A stretch of 64,000 nucleotides of DNA from Azolla caroliniana. Lineage: Eukaryota; Plantae; Polypodiophyta. Location: NCBI GenBank assembly GCA_043228905.1, contig JBHGNT010000020.1, forward strand, positions 1,550,001 through 1,614,000, in the 5' to 3' direction. Both the position numbers and the translations under genes were made by a program. Numbering within the stretch: position 1 is the first letter of the stretch; every line of letters starts with the position of its first letter. Positions 45,399-58,342 of the stretch are shown here, piece by piece. A model generated the notes under the pieces. It was not told the origin of the DNA. It worked only from the letters and a program-made list of their open reading frames with translations, and made no database searches.

Positions 45399-46418
45399 TC
45401 ATTCTTGCTTTGCAATCACACTACCCTCCCAATGTTGTTGAGCATCTAGCTCTGGGACAACTTTGGGGGTCTTCCTATGCCGATGTTGTTGAGCATCTAG
45501 CTTTAGGACAACTTTGGGGGCCTTCCTATCAAGAAAGACCACGAATGGCCATATGACGACATCAATCACTAAGATCACGATCCATGCCCCCATGCCGCTA
45601 CACCCACCCCTCCAGAGATGGATCCCGACAAACGCCAACGAGGCTACGACCATAAAACCTAATCGGGTGATTTTACACAAGCGGACCCACATCCTCCTTG
45701 TGTATCGGGGCACAAAAGGCACCCGAACATTGGTGTGGAAAGAGACCGAAATGATATAGGTGCCGGTGTGGGCGAGTAGCATCAAGATTTGCAAAGAGTG
45801 CGAGAATTGGAGCCAAAGGAAACACGAGAAGACCATGGTGATGTTCCTCGACACATGCTTGGCGGTCAATGTCCCCTTGCAGAGGAGGGTTACGAAAGTG
45901 CCGAGGAATGTGTACAATTTGCTTAGGTAGAATGTGTAGGTCCAGAAGAAGACTCGGCCCGCGGGCCGTGTGCCCACGGGGAAGCACGCGAGCCACCCGA
46001 GACGGGACTTGGATCGACTCCATAGCCACCGGGTCTCTTCCATCTCTACCCATGCTGATTGCGCACACCCGACAAACATGACCAATGATCCCAACAACAA
46101 TGTGAGGCGATAGAGGGCCGGGAGCGGGCCGAGCGGGATGGGCTGCGTCCTCCTATTCATCCCTAGCTTCACAATTTGTATCATGGCAAGGTATGTGAGT
46201 ATGGAGAGGATGAGGAAGAGCCAAGAGGAGCCCCAAGCATTGTGATCCCAACGGAAATCGGCCACAATCGGATGGTGGGCACACCAATACCGGAGAGCCG
46301 AATACATGATCTTGATCTTGTTGTGATGATGATGATGATGATCACCACCACCACCATCATTGCTTCTGTGATAGATCTGGTGTGTTGGTACAAAACTTTG
46401 GGACCTCTTCTCAGCCAT
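45399..46418 (-). CDS. ELO/GNS1/SUR4 family fatty-acid elongase-like membrane protein (HOS3/ELO4-like), intronless
   Basis: HHPIVADFRW...WGSSW, PIPLGPLPA, CFPVGTRPAGRVFFWTYTFYLSK, GGCSGMGAW; several hydrophobic segments. Confidence 0.88.
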   Translation of the reverse strand: MAEKRSQSFVPTHQIYHRSNDGGGGDHHHHHHNKIKIMYSALRYWCAHHPIVADFRWDHNAWGSSWLFLILSILTYLAMIQIVKLGMNRRTQPIPLGPLPALYRLTLLLGSLVMFVGCAQSAWVEMEETRWLWSRSKSRLGWLACFPVGTRPAGRVFFWTYTFYLSKLYTFLGTFVTLLCKGTLTAKHVSRNITMVFSCFLWLQFSHSLQILMLLAHTGTYIISVSFHTNVRVPFVPRYTRRMWVRLCKITRLGFMVVASLAFVGIHLWRGGCSGMGAWIVILVIDVVIWPFVVFLDRKAPKVVLKLDAQQHRHRKTPKVVPELDAQQHWEGSVIAKQE

Positions 46419-48599
46419 AGCCAGGGCATCTAAGGGGCAAACTTGTGGCTCTGAATTTATTGCTTTTTAAGAAACTCTAAAGGAAGCCCCACCCCCTCTC
46501 TTTTCTTTGGTAATTTATGTGTATGCTATACTCTCTTGCATCTCATATTTTGAACTTTCAACATTATATAGCATTAGCACAAGAATGTTCTTTTCTTTTT
46601 ATTCTTCTACTTTTGCTTGTGGGTCAAGTCTTTTTGTCGGCATCTCCGAATCGCTAGGGTTTTGATCGTTGTTTCCAAATTTGTTCGGCTTTCGATCGCC
46701 ATCTTATGTTTCATATCGGTGCGAGTTTGTGTAGTCAAGAGTGTCATGTTTTTTCTTTTCTTCATTCACCCCCCTCGATCGTTATGAGTTAGTTATATGA
46801 ATCGATGACTAGCTTTCAAGCTCCTTGAAAGTTGACATCTCTCTCCCTCCCCCCATGTGTCTTGTTGACAATATTTTATTTTCTCGCCTAGTCAGAAACC
46901 CCCTAGTGCTTTGGATGGTGGCCTGTGTTTTTTTCCGGAAAACATAATCTTTATGTGGAGAAACATGTTTTTTGTGTTGCCTTCATAATAAAGTAGAATG
47001 ATTTTGGCCAAAAATCCATATTCAGCTTGTAAAAAGAGGGGTTTTTTTGAACCCAATGTTGTTGACGGTAATTCCTTGCTTGATATAGATGCTAAATGTG
47101 GTTGGATTGCTGAAGCTACATGAGTGTTCAATAGTGACATATGTTGCGATATTCTGTGTAATAGTAGACTATTTTGTATATTGCCTTTGGCCACTTTAAG
47201 TTTAATACTTGACTTCTCATCCGGGGATTATGGGTTTCAGCCCCACCTAGCGTCATAATATTCCTACAGGCTACAACAATGATAATAAAATCTTCGTATA
47301 TACATTATTTTACTTCTTGTTGTTTTTTTCGATTTTGTTATGTTTCTTTTTTACAATTTAATTTTGTCCGTTCTCTATCTTTGTTTCTTCTTGAGAAATT
47401 TGTTATAGTATTTTGTTAGGAGCGAGTTTGTGAAAGAAGGGGGTGAGACAAATTGTTCAAACTGAAGGGTTAAGTTTCAAAACATTTTATTCACATACAC
47501 GTTTGGACCATAGTCCACACTAGCTACACATGTTTTCTTGTGCTTTTATTTCAAGCCAAGTTGACAATCCCTAAATGTGCATCACATTGTCATTTGACTT
47601 TGAGTTCCATCCACTCCTTCAATATTCTGCGTCAACATCAGATTTCATAGCTCCACTTTTAAGCATTCTTAATATAGGCCACTAAGAGAGGCATCCAAAT
47701 TGTCACATTCAACTTTGAATCCAAAATATCACGTCTCATCTACACTTCGATGGAGTCAATCAATATCCCATAAGGATGGGAAAGAAAATCAAGCTCCATG
47801 GTTAACATCACTGGTGACACAAGGTTTCTTTGTCAAGTGTCTTAAATCTTCATTGATATCAATGTAAACAATAAAGTTCAATGGCAAGAGGTAATGTTTG
47901 TGCTTTTCACAACATGGACATTCATAACTCTATGTTCGACCCAAGTTAGTTCCTTTGCTTGCTTGAAAAGTCTACAAACAGTCGAATCCAATCCATGATC
48001 AGTTTGCTACCCACCCAATAAACGAATCATATGACATGCTTCTACTCCCATGGGCATGGTGCCAATGTTTCACAATGGCATTGTTACTAGATTGTGGATA
48101 ACCTTACCATATTCATTCATTTCAAAGTGTTTTTAGAGCCCATATAGTAGTGAACATATGAGCATCGACTCACAATGATTAAACGCACTGACAATAGACA
48201 ATCTATGGGGGAACAAAGGGACAAAGAGTCAAGAATGTTGTGACAGGAGCCTAGCAAGCCTAATCAGTCCCTAGGCATATTTCACATCTAGAGAGCAACT
48301 AAAAAGCTTTTCGTATTTCCTCTATGTTTCCTGCCTATCATAGAGACCAACGATAAAGAGAAAAAGAAGAAGGAAAATGCCATGGTGAGGGTAGGTCTTA
48401 TCTACCCCCACTTGGAGACAGAAGTAACCGACAATAGATATAGTTGCTGAGGAGCACCATGCATATATCATTATGTGGGGGCGAGCAAGGGTAATTTTGG
48501 AGTTAATGAGAATATTAGGGGCATTTGGGTGAAATAAATAAGAAGAGGAGGAAGAAGAAGAAGAAGAAGAAGAAGAAGAGACAACATACAGATGAGATA

Positions 48600-50306
48600 A
48601 TGAGATGGATCCCCCCAAGAACAGAGTTCTCAACCAACAAAATTAGGGAATCCATCAAAACATCAGACTATGTCCAGATAGAAACATCTTTGGTCCCCAA
48701 TCGCGAAGAAAAGTATGTCTCTCTTCTCCGCCGCTGTGCACGATCGAGAGTTATCGATGCCGGGAAACTCATCCATGCCCACGTGGACAACACATTCCAG
48801 AAAGGAAGGAAAAGCTCAACCCTCAATTACACTCTCTTTTGTATGTATGCCAAGTGTGGTAACTTGGCCGAAATGCGATCGGCATTCGATGCCATAGAAC
48901 GGCCAAGTGTTGTGGCTTGGACCTCATTGATCAATGAATATGTTAAGAATAGAGATATGGTTCAAGAAGCTGTGGCATTATATCACAGAATGATTCAAGA
49001 AGGTGTCAACCCTAACCATGTCACTTACCTTTGTGTTCTAAAAGCTTGTACTTTTCTTGGGTTTATTGATCATGGAAAATATGTCCATGTGAATGTGAGT
49101 GTGAACTCGTCGGGATCCGAACTTGTGTTGGGAAATGCACTTATCGATATGTATGCAAAATGTGGGGATGTTGAAATGGCACAAATTGAGTTTAACCAAA
49201 TGTATGATCGAACTGTCGTTTCGTGGAACTCATTGATCTCTGGCTATGTTAAGAACCATGAATATGAGCATGCTTTTTCTCTATTTTTGGGTATGAAGCA
49301 AGGAGGTATCGAACCTGATCCGATAACGTTTTTGAGTGTTCTCAAAATGTGTGCAAGCAAGAAAGATTTAGGACATGGTAAACTGGCACATTCGGGTATC
49401 TTAAAAGGTGGTTTCGAGGAGATTGTATTTGTAGAGAATGCTCTAGTAGACATGTATTGCAAGTGTGAAAGCTTAGAAGACGCAAAAAGAGTCTTTGGGA
49501 GAATAAAGAAACCACATGTAGGTGCTTGGAATGCATTGATTAGTGGATGTGCTGAGCTCAGCTTTCCCGAAGAAGCTATCAAAAATTTCAAAGAAATGAA
49601 GTGTAAAACCCTTGAACTCAGCAAGGTCACATTCTTAAGTGTTTTGAAAGCATCGAGTGTTCTTGCGGCTCTAGATCTAGGGTGTGAAATACATGAACTT
49701 ATCAAGAGAAACAGGCTCGAAACAGATCTCTTTGTTGCTAGCAATCTTGTGGATATGTATGCAAAATGTGGTAATCTAGAGGAAGCAAGGAAAGTGTTCG
49801 ACAAGATGTCTTCTCGTAGCTTGGTCACTTGGAACACATTGATATCAGGATATGCACTTCATGGAGAAGCTAAAGAGGCCTTCAGACTTTCTTGGAGAAT
49901 GGAGAAGAAAGAAAGAGTGGATTTGAACCACGTTACACTTGTCGGACTCCTTTTTGCCTGTAGTCATGCTGGTCTTGTTGAGGAAGGGTATAAATGTTTC
50001 GAAACCGTATGTAGAGGGTATGCTGTTCAACCTTTGATGGAGCACTATTGTTGTATAGTGGATGTTCTAGGTCGTGCTGGTTGCCTTGATGATGCTTTTT
50101 ATGTCATTCAAAACATGCCTTTCGAGCCAAATGCGGCAATTTGGAAGGCTTTTCTTGGAGCTTGTAAAACTTGTTATGATATAGATTTGGCCAAATATGT
50201 TGTTGACTCTTTGGAACCGCAAGATAATGCAACTTATGTACTCTTGTCGAACATCTTTGCAGCCGGTAGTGGGTGGGAAGACATCCTTGGTGATTCAGAA
50301 GTGTGA
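48600..50306 (+). CDS. PLS-class pentatricopeptide repeat protein with E domain, no DYW
   Basis: Repeated L(I/V)DMYAKCG / WN.LI.GY / TFLSVLKAC motifs; HYCCIVDVLGRAG; MPFEPNAAIWKAFLGAC; YVLLSNIF. First ATG in the open frame is at 48600. Confidence 0.92.
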   Translation: MRWIPPRTEFSTNKIRESIKTSDYVQIETSLVPNREEKYVSLLRRCARSRVIDAGKLIHAHVDNTFQKGRKSSTLNYTLFCMYAKCGNLAEMRSAFDAIERPSVVAWTSLINEYVKNRDMVQEAVALYHRMIQEGVNPNHVTYLCVLKACTFLGFIDHGKYVHVNVSVNSSGSELVLGNALIDMYAKCGDVEMAQIEFNQMYDRTVVSWNSLISGYVKNHEYEHAFSLFLGMKQGGIEPDPITFLSVLKMCASKKDLGHGKLAHSGILKGGFEEIVFVENALVDMYCKCESLEDAKRVFGRIKKPHVGAWNALISGCAELSFPEEAIKNFKEMKCKTLELSKVTFLSVLKASSVLAALDLGCEIHELIKRNRLETDLFVASNLVDMYAKCGNLEEARKVFDKMSSRSLVTWNTLISGYALHGEAKEAFRLSWRMEKKERVDLNHVTLVGLLFACSHAGLVEEGYKCFETVCRGYAVQPLMEHYCCIVDVLGRAGCLDDAFYVIQNMPFEPNAAIWKAFLGACKTCYDIDLAKYVVDSLEPQDNATYVLLSNIFAAGSGWEDILGDSEV

Positions 50307-50446
50307 AGAGAATAGTAAGGACATGGAAATTCTGAACGAACAAAAGATTTATTAATGCCGCTTTAAAGTGGAGACCGATGAGCAACAAGAGTTACAAATG
50401 GATTTCTTAATGAGTCCAAAAATGTGAGGTTATAGGTTTCAAACTA

Positions 50447-50746
50447 GTGCGCATTCAGTATTTGTAAGAAGAAATTATTGGGGGATCATCTCCATCTCTA
50501 TTAATACCTGTGTAGTATTGTGGAGATGTGATTGGACAGTAGCACAAAAGAACATGAAATGCAAGGACAATCAAAATCTTTGCTTTCAGGTCAGAGAAGG
50601 TGCACGTTCAGTATTTGTAAAAAGAATTTATTGGGGGGTCTATCTCTATTAATACCGGTTTTGTTTTGTGGAGACGGAATTCATCGGTAGCACAAAAGAA
50701 CATAAAATGCGAGGAAGACCAAAATCTTTGCTTTTATGACGGAGAA
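50447..50746. repeat. Diverged ~153-bp tandem duplication
   Basis: GTGC...TTCAGTATTTGTAA...CAAAATCTTTGCTTT at 50447 and 50600. Confidence 0.75.
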
Positions 50747-52668
50747 TGTTTTGAACCTAAAATAGCATCCCAATTACATAATCATCAAAGAGTTATTGAT
50801 GGACTGACCCTACAAGAGCAAAATGTCTAAAAGCAATAGCATATTCAGACATCTGTTGCTCCAAAGTTCTGGTCTGGGATTTATAAAGAGCCATCAATAG
50901 ATGCAAAAACATTATGTGTGATACCATGTGGTTTATCTACCATGTGATACCCATTATGTGATGGAGGGATCGTATAGCCATTAAATGAAGAAGTTATATG
51001 CTCCTATGATTGATACTCTACAAGTGGCTCGCCTTCTTTAACCATAACCATTGGTAACACTTGAGAATTTTCATGGAGCCGATTTGTGTTCTTTAATATA
51101 ACATTGTCTGTACAAAACACAAATTGAGTTCTTTTCGAGCATGGACAAGGAAATAAGTTTCCAAGCCTAGGTATGAGGAAAAGTTGTCTTTAAAGCTAAA
51201 GCTAAATCTCTGATGTTTCATTGGCTAGCACAATTGTTACACAGTTTTCGTACAAGGTTATTGTGTAATGCAATAATACACTGTGCAAAAAGAGTACTAA
51301 GTGTGAAACATTATTCGTAGAACCCTAAATCTTCAACATTTTCTTGGCCAGCTCAAACGCATCATGGTTTTTACAAGGTTACTGTATAATGCAATAATAA
51401 ACTCTCTGCAAAAAGAGTACTTACATGTCAAACATGATTCTTGGAACCCTACATCTTTTTTCAATTTCATTGCAACAAGGTTTTAACAAGGTTACCATGT
51501 AATGCAGTCATAAACTCTTGTGGGAAAAGACTCCTTACATATGAAACATGACCAACCTACTACAGAAAAGGGTCTCTTGTAATATAATACCTTTATGTGC
51601 ACACAACTTTAAATTTAATTCTGTAACATAATCATCTGACCCAGCAGGACAGCAAGTAATATTCCAATGCTCTAACACTGAAATAACCGTGTATATAGCA
51701 ACATAGACAACATACTCAAAGATAATACACACCTTACACAAAATCCTTGCTTATAAGAATGTAAATCTTGTACACTACTTAATGAAGACAGGAGTCCAAA
51801 TAGTGCAAATCTAACAGATTGCCTTGCAAGTGCTCAGCTTAGTAAACCTGAGCTAAGAGAAACAGAACAGGGCAAAATTAACACCTTGCAAATGTGAATC
51901 TTTGTAAATATAGACTCGTAAATGAAGACATGACTCCAATTTGAACAAAACTAACAGACTGCCTTACAAGTGTTGAGCTTAGGAAATCCAGAATAGAACA
52001 TGAAGGCAAGAATCCAACTTAGTTGACTGCATTACAAATGCAAATCTTCGTAAATATGGAGTGCTAACTAAATGAAGACAATACTCTGAATCTTGTGGAA
52101 CAAACAAACTGCAGTAATATATCACAGTTTCAGACAGACAGCAAGACAGCACATTTATAGGAGAATGAATATTATATCCTAATGTAATCTTAGTAATAGC
52201 ACAGAGGCACAAGACACCACATGATAATGTTATTCTCTCCAATGAATGTATCAATCAATCACAAAGAAATCAAGATGTTACCATCCTAACAATAAACTAA
52301 ATTCTAACATCATCCTTCCTTTAACAAATAAAATAATCTCCAATATAATGAATCATTGAAGAATTTGAGATTTTATCATCCTCTTTTCTTTCTTTCTGTC
52401 TAGTATGTTGCAAAATACCATGAAAGCTGAGACTTGCAGTACAGTGAAATTCACAATGCATGGATAGCCATCAAAAGAAAAAAATAAAACCATAATCAGA
52501 AACCAGAGAGACTAAACTAATAAAAGTGAAAAACTTGTTGAATCTCTCTAGTAGTAATGGCTCACTCTCTCTCACTCTCTCTCTCTCTAAGTCTGTTTGT
52601 CTTTAATCATATAACTCTTCACAAATCTCCAAACTTCTCTCTTTTATCTCTTCAATGAGGTGAGCCCA

Positions 52669-53978
52669 CTACTGCCCAAGCTTGGCTTTTTGCTTCTGCC
52701 ACAACCTATCCACAGCGCTGTCTGCATCTCCCTGAAGAATACAAATACACAGAAAAATCAGCCCTCTTCCTCGTTGAAAACTATTATTGATAGAACAAAA
52801 TTACAAAGCATTATTCATTATCTTGACTCTATTATACACAAACAGAATCCATCATTAATCAGACTGTAACACTGAAGAAAACGCACATGCATACACACCT
52901 ACACCTACGTAAACATACATAAATCCATACCCACACACGTTCATTCATACATATAAACATACAAATATTTAGATGGAAATCACATACAGAAAGACAATAT
53001 TCATCCATATTTTATGAGAAGAAAAAGTCTTGATAAATAACCCAGGAAACAAAAATGATGGGAAATGAAATGCTAGCATCAATACCTATACCTTTACCTG
53101 AGAAAAAAAGTCTAACTGCATACTCAACAAATTACACTATGACCAAAACAAGAAGAAATGTACGTGGAGTAAATACATCATGGCGAGAGAATTCCTATGA
53201 GGAGTTAGGGAATTAACTCGAACAATGTAACAACAAAACTGCTTGAATAAATCTTATGATACATAAAAACAAAGAAAATAGAATGCATCTGGAAACAACA
53301 AACTGAACAACTGAACAAAGACGGGAAGTAACTTATAGAGACAAACAGGATGCACCTTCTGTAGACAAGTTTTAATATTTACCTGAGCTCTAACGAACCC
53401 TGAAAGTGCGAACGTGGTGAACTGGCCAGTATAGAGACCGTTCTCATCCAAATGGCCTACGTTCAACTGCACCGAAGCATGATCCTTGGCCGTGATCAAT
53501 CGGTTCGACGCAGAGCTGGAGAGAAGAACAGCATCAATGAAAAAGATAACACCATATTTAGGCAAGCTATCGTAATACTTAAAGCTAGTTCGATTGACAT
53601 CGATTACAGTAATAACAAGACAGAGAATTGGCGATTGACTATATCCAAACCAAAGAAGAAGACAGAATCACAGATAACCAAGAGTAGTATACATACAAAA
53701 GACCTGCAGGTTGTGTAATGATGAAGGAAAAGGAGAACAAACAACAATGACAGGACTAACAAAAATCAAGAAATCGAGAACTGCAAGAATAATGTTGAGA
53801 AGAAAAAGAATAATGTTGAGATCAGTGACCATACGAAATACATATAGGTTGCAGCGAAGAATCACAAGAAACAACAATAACAAAACGAAGAAGAAGAAGA
53901 AGAAGAAGAAGAAGAAGAAGACACTTGCCATTTCCGTGGGATGTAGAGATCGACATTCTCTCCTTCTTCGTTCTGCAT
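52669..53978 (-). CDS. RPS21: 40S ribosomal protein S21 (eS21), 3 coding exons, 81 aa
   Basis: Exons 53978-53929, 53515-53383 and 52731-52669 give [43 protein letters not shown]...[26 protein letters not shown]. Confidence 0.95.
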
Positions 53979-54066
53979 CTTGAATTCGTCTCTCTTTCTC
54001 GTTCCTGCAATCTGAGAGAGGGGACAGCGCACACGCAGAGGGAAGAAGAAAGAAAGGGAAAAGGCG

Positions 54067-54100
54067 AAACCCTAGAAATCTTGCTCAAATATAAATATAG
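54067..54100 (-). promoter_or_regulatory. Telo-box and TATA-like element of RPS21
   Basis: AAACCCTA at 54067-54074 (typical of plant ribosomal protein promoters); TATATTTATAT on the minus strand at ~54089-54099. Confidence 0.55.
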
Positions 54101-54129
54101 CAGTATTTGTAGTAGTAAAGGAAAGTCAT

Positions 54130-54745
54130 CGTCTTGGTCTTGGTCTTGATCTTGGTCTTGGTCTTGGTCTTGGTCTTACTTTTGGTCAATAGTGTTTATG
54201 CTTGGCATGGTCTTTGTCTTGGTCTTGGTATTGGACTTGGCCATGGTCTTAATGATCTTGTCTCTTGGTCTTGGTCCTAGTGTTGAATCTCGGCATTGTC
54301 TTGGTCTTAGTCTTGGTCTTGGCCATGTTCTTGATGCTTGCGTGATCTTGTCTCTTGGTCTTGGTCTTGGCCATAGTTTTTATGCTTGGCATGGCCTTAG
54401 TCTTGGTCTTGGTCTTAGCCACAATCTTGTGCTTGCATGATCTTTGTCTCTTGGTCTTGGTCTTGGTCATGCTCTTGGTCTTGGCCTTGTTCATAATCTT
54501 GGTCTTGGTCTTGGCCATGGTCTTGATGCTTGCATGATCATGTCTCTTTGTCTTGGTCTTGTTCATGGTGTTGATGCTTGGCATGTCTTGGTCTTGGACT
54601 TGGCCAACGACTTTAATATTTGGCGTGGCCTTGTAGGTTGGTCTTGGTCTTGGTCATACTCTTGGTCTTTTCCATGCTCTCGCCCTTGCCCTCGCTCTTG
54701 CACTTGTCTTGGTCCTGGTCTTTTCTTAGCCTTGGTCTTGGTATG
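54130..54745. repeat. Degenerate (TCTTGG)n minisatellite
   Basis: About 610 bp dominated by GGTCTT hexamers interspersed with ATGCTTG/ATGATC units. Confidence 0.9.
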
Positions 54746-56600
54746 AAACAGAAAGGACCCACAATCGACCGATCGATGGACAGAGGATATCCACAAAAAT
54801 CACACTTACTCAACTACAAGAAACACAAACAAACATGTGCCATTCTATAAGAACCCTACGCTTCTTGCATTCTCGGTCATGCCCAACCAGGCTGTCGTTG
54901 GTCCATGACTAGACTAGCTTGGATTGCCTTCCTGCTCATGCCCTTCTCCACTTCAGACTACTCGGACATTGTAGGCTTGATTACCTTTCCGCACATAAAC
55001 CGTTCCGTCTCCAAAATCCTTTAGTTATGGGTTGTAGGGCTGGACCTTTATAAGGGCATCGATTCTTCAATATGTTGCTTCAAGAAGGGTTTCATTGATG
55101 ACCTTATTGCTTTGAGGTGCCATCACAATGTGATGGTCTCATAGGATTACAGATGTAAGAATGGAAGTGAAGCAATAATTATCTCATAGGATTATAGATC
55201 ATGGAATGCACGCTTGCTAGGTACAAGAAGCGCACAACATGATGGGCATAGGTTTTATACCCAAGTGGTTGTGTGGAATGCCAATGGTCTATAGACACAC
55301 ATGATTGAGCAAGTGCATGGCCCATTGATGGCTCGTGGAATGTCAACATACACAAATCATCTACATGCACGCGGCCCCTTGATGGTACGTTGTCGTGAAG
55401 TGAGGAGCGAACATGAGGAAATGGGGTTAAAACTATACATATACAAGATAAAAGGTTGAAGGGTAGGGAAGAAGTGCAGATAGAAGGTCACAAGATAAGA
55501 TGAAACGACCCAATAAAAGGTTATAGCTTAATCGTCATGTCAAGAGCCTACACTAGGGGCCAAAGTTCAAAGGTTTGAATCTTGTAATGGACAATGAAGG
55601 AAAAATGTAACCACAATTTTTAGAGCTCTATCTTCTTATATTCTTCCCTTTCAATCCACCCCATGTAATGGAGTTGAGAATGATCTTGTTTGTATTTAGT
55701 CCGATATTTTAATCTTCGATGTAATGAGCTTTTTGGTATTCATATAAAATTAATTTTAGAAATCCACTATATAGTATTTATTATTCTCAATCTGTCAAGG
55801 ATCATGTTAGAATTTTCAGTTTGTGATTCTGAGTTTGGAGTGTTAGCTTATGTGGATTTGGCACAAAATTTGATAAAAGAAGAGTCCTCAAATTATTCCT
55901 TCATGAAACTCACACCATTGACAAGAAGAGTTCATCGCAAGGTTTCGTGTTGATCTTTCGGAAAATGATTCTGATCACTAGGTGAGAAGTTGGAGCCTTC
56001 TCCTCCTCCAACATTCTCTACCTCAAACCTTCTCCACCTCAAACATTCTTCTCCTCGAGCCTTCTCCACCTCAAATATGCTAGTTTACATCAAAAAATGG
56101 TTCAAAAATGGGATGTGAAAGATCTCTTAGAGCTCTCAAGTGATGCTAGGAAATATGTAGTTATTGAGGAAAGATTAACGAAACTATTAAAGACGAAGTG
56201 GAAAGATGCTAAAAGGACAAAATTATAATATTTTAATGCAAACATCAATGTTGAATGTTGGGTTCTACTTAAGGCAAGAAGGCCTATTGATTTTATTCAA
56301 CCTTATCTCATTACTAGCATGAGTAATAACTCTCGTAGACTCCTAACACTCATTCACAATCCATCACACAACCTAGGTATTGAAATCGCGATATGGCATC
56401 ATAATCAATCAAATATAAAGGCATGTAAGATATGTAAGGAAGGGGGCTAGTAAAGGATGAATATCACTTGCTTTTTACATGCTCTACATACAGTGCAATT
56501 TGTGAAAGCTATGATAATATATTAAGAGGAGGTGATATTTTGAGTGTCACACTAAAGAGAACACCTGGAGGGTTGAACTCATATGTGTATACCTTATTCA

Positions 56601-56769
56601 CACATCAAGACTTTGTGCTTCGAACTATGATATCCCTTCTTAGGAAAGAGAGACACATTGAGACTTTGTGCTTGGAACTATGATATCCCTTCTTAGGAAA
56701 GAGAGACACATTGAGACTTTGTGCTTCGAACGATGATATCCCTTCTTAGGAAAGAGACACACATCAAGA
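56601..56769. repeat. 53-bp tandem repeat, ~3 copies
   Basis: CACAT..AGACTTTGTGCTT.GAAC.ATGATATCCCTTCTTAGGAAAGAGA starts at 56601, 56654 and 56707. Confidence 0.9.
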
Positions 56770-58342
56770 AAACTTTTGTACTTTATCCCATGGGTCAATA
56801 TTGGGTTCTCTATAGATGCTAAAAAAAACCTAATCTAATCTAATCTTGTGATGATCCCTTTGACCATAATCCCTACTTATTGTAAAACTTAACTTTTTGG
56901 CTATTTACTCCCTTCGTACATGCCACATCACAAGACCAACTTGCATATAGGAACAATGCTAACTTGTTAATCAATCATCTAGAATTTTTGTGATGATGCT
57001 AATACAACATCATTAAACAACATTATGGATTAACTTCCCAATTGAAGGTATTAAAACTTTCATGATCAATTCAATGGTAGAAATTTTGGCTTTTCTCACT
57101 TTCTCTTCCACCATTTGACACCTAAGGGTGATCAATGAACCACACAAGTTCTCTTCAAAAGAACTCAGAGAAGACTTCAAGGTTATCAAGCTTCATTACT
57201 TTTAGCAAAATGATTGCATTAACCAGCCAAAACAAGATTGACATATGCACATAATAGTGAGGAATGTGGAACTTCACTATAGTTAGCGCAAAATAATAAG
57301 TAAAGAGTGTAAACTAGTGATATATATGCAAACATACATATAAACACAATTAAACTATTTAATGAGCAAGATAGGGGCCCACTATCTTGATGTTATCTTG
57401 AGTGAAAAAACAAAACAAAAAAAGACTAATTGCAAAAGCATTACGGCATACATTGCCTCTTATTTGCACTCTACTCAATGCATGATTTCAAGTTTAGAAA
57501 CCCCAACATATAGGAACCCTAAATGTCGTATGATCTTGGAGGTTGAAAGACCACTAGGCATTTTTATCCTTGTATTAAGGCCTTACATCTTATTTTTAAA
57601 CTTTGACCTTCCATAAACTATGAGTTTTCCTTCTCTAAGAGTCAATGCCAACCAAAAAGATAGAACATGGGGGACCAAGTTGTAATGATGTATTTTCAAA
57701 AGCCTTAATGAGGAAATAAGGGATTGTTAAAGAAAGGTGAAATCAAAGCAAGCAAGGGATTATGAAAGAAATCGAGAAATCAACACGAACAATTATTGGG
57801 CAACGTGATATTATGGAATATCAATATCAAAGTTTCAATTCAATCACAATAATAAGGATCCATAAAATCCCTTTTGTCTTGGTGTCCACTCTTTTCTCTT
57901 ATATCATTAAAGTAATATGTTTAATTGACATGGAGTGCATAACATCGAGAGTCCCAATCATCTACATGAAAAAGGTTGTGTCTCGATCGTCACAATCACG
58001 ATCCCTAATACAAGTCCTCTATGATCTCACATGAGAGTATTCATCATTCCCATTGGATATTTGTTTACGTGGGAAAACAAAATAAAAGAGAGAACGTGGG
58101 GGATATTTCCAAAGCATTTTAAGAAGGGGCTTTATATAAGGCAATAAAAGAATGAAAAAGGTTATTTGATAAAGGGAAGGTCGGCCATGATGCCTCTTGT
58201 ATAATATATAGTATATCCTTATACATCTTTCGGCTGAGAAAAGCCCTACCTTGTGCACGTAATATAGGAATTGATCATACCGTTATCCCTATACAAGCCC
58301 TAACTCATAATGGAATAATCATACTTGAGTTCTCCTTGCAAC

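Noticed and set aside
48525-48599. Poly-Lys N-terminus of the PPR protein
   Set aside because: Depends on a TTG start; it is a (GAA)n tract that probably lies in the 5' UTR.
54192-54850. KT-rich and LGLG-rich ORFs
   Set aside because: Translations of the hexamer minisatellite in several frames.
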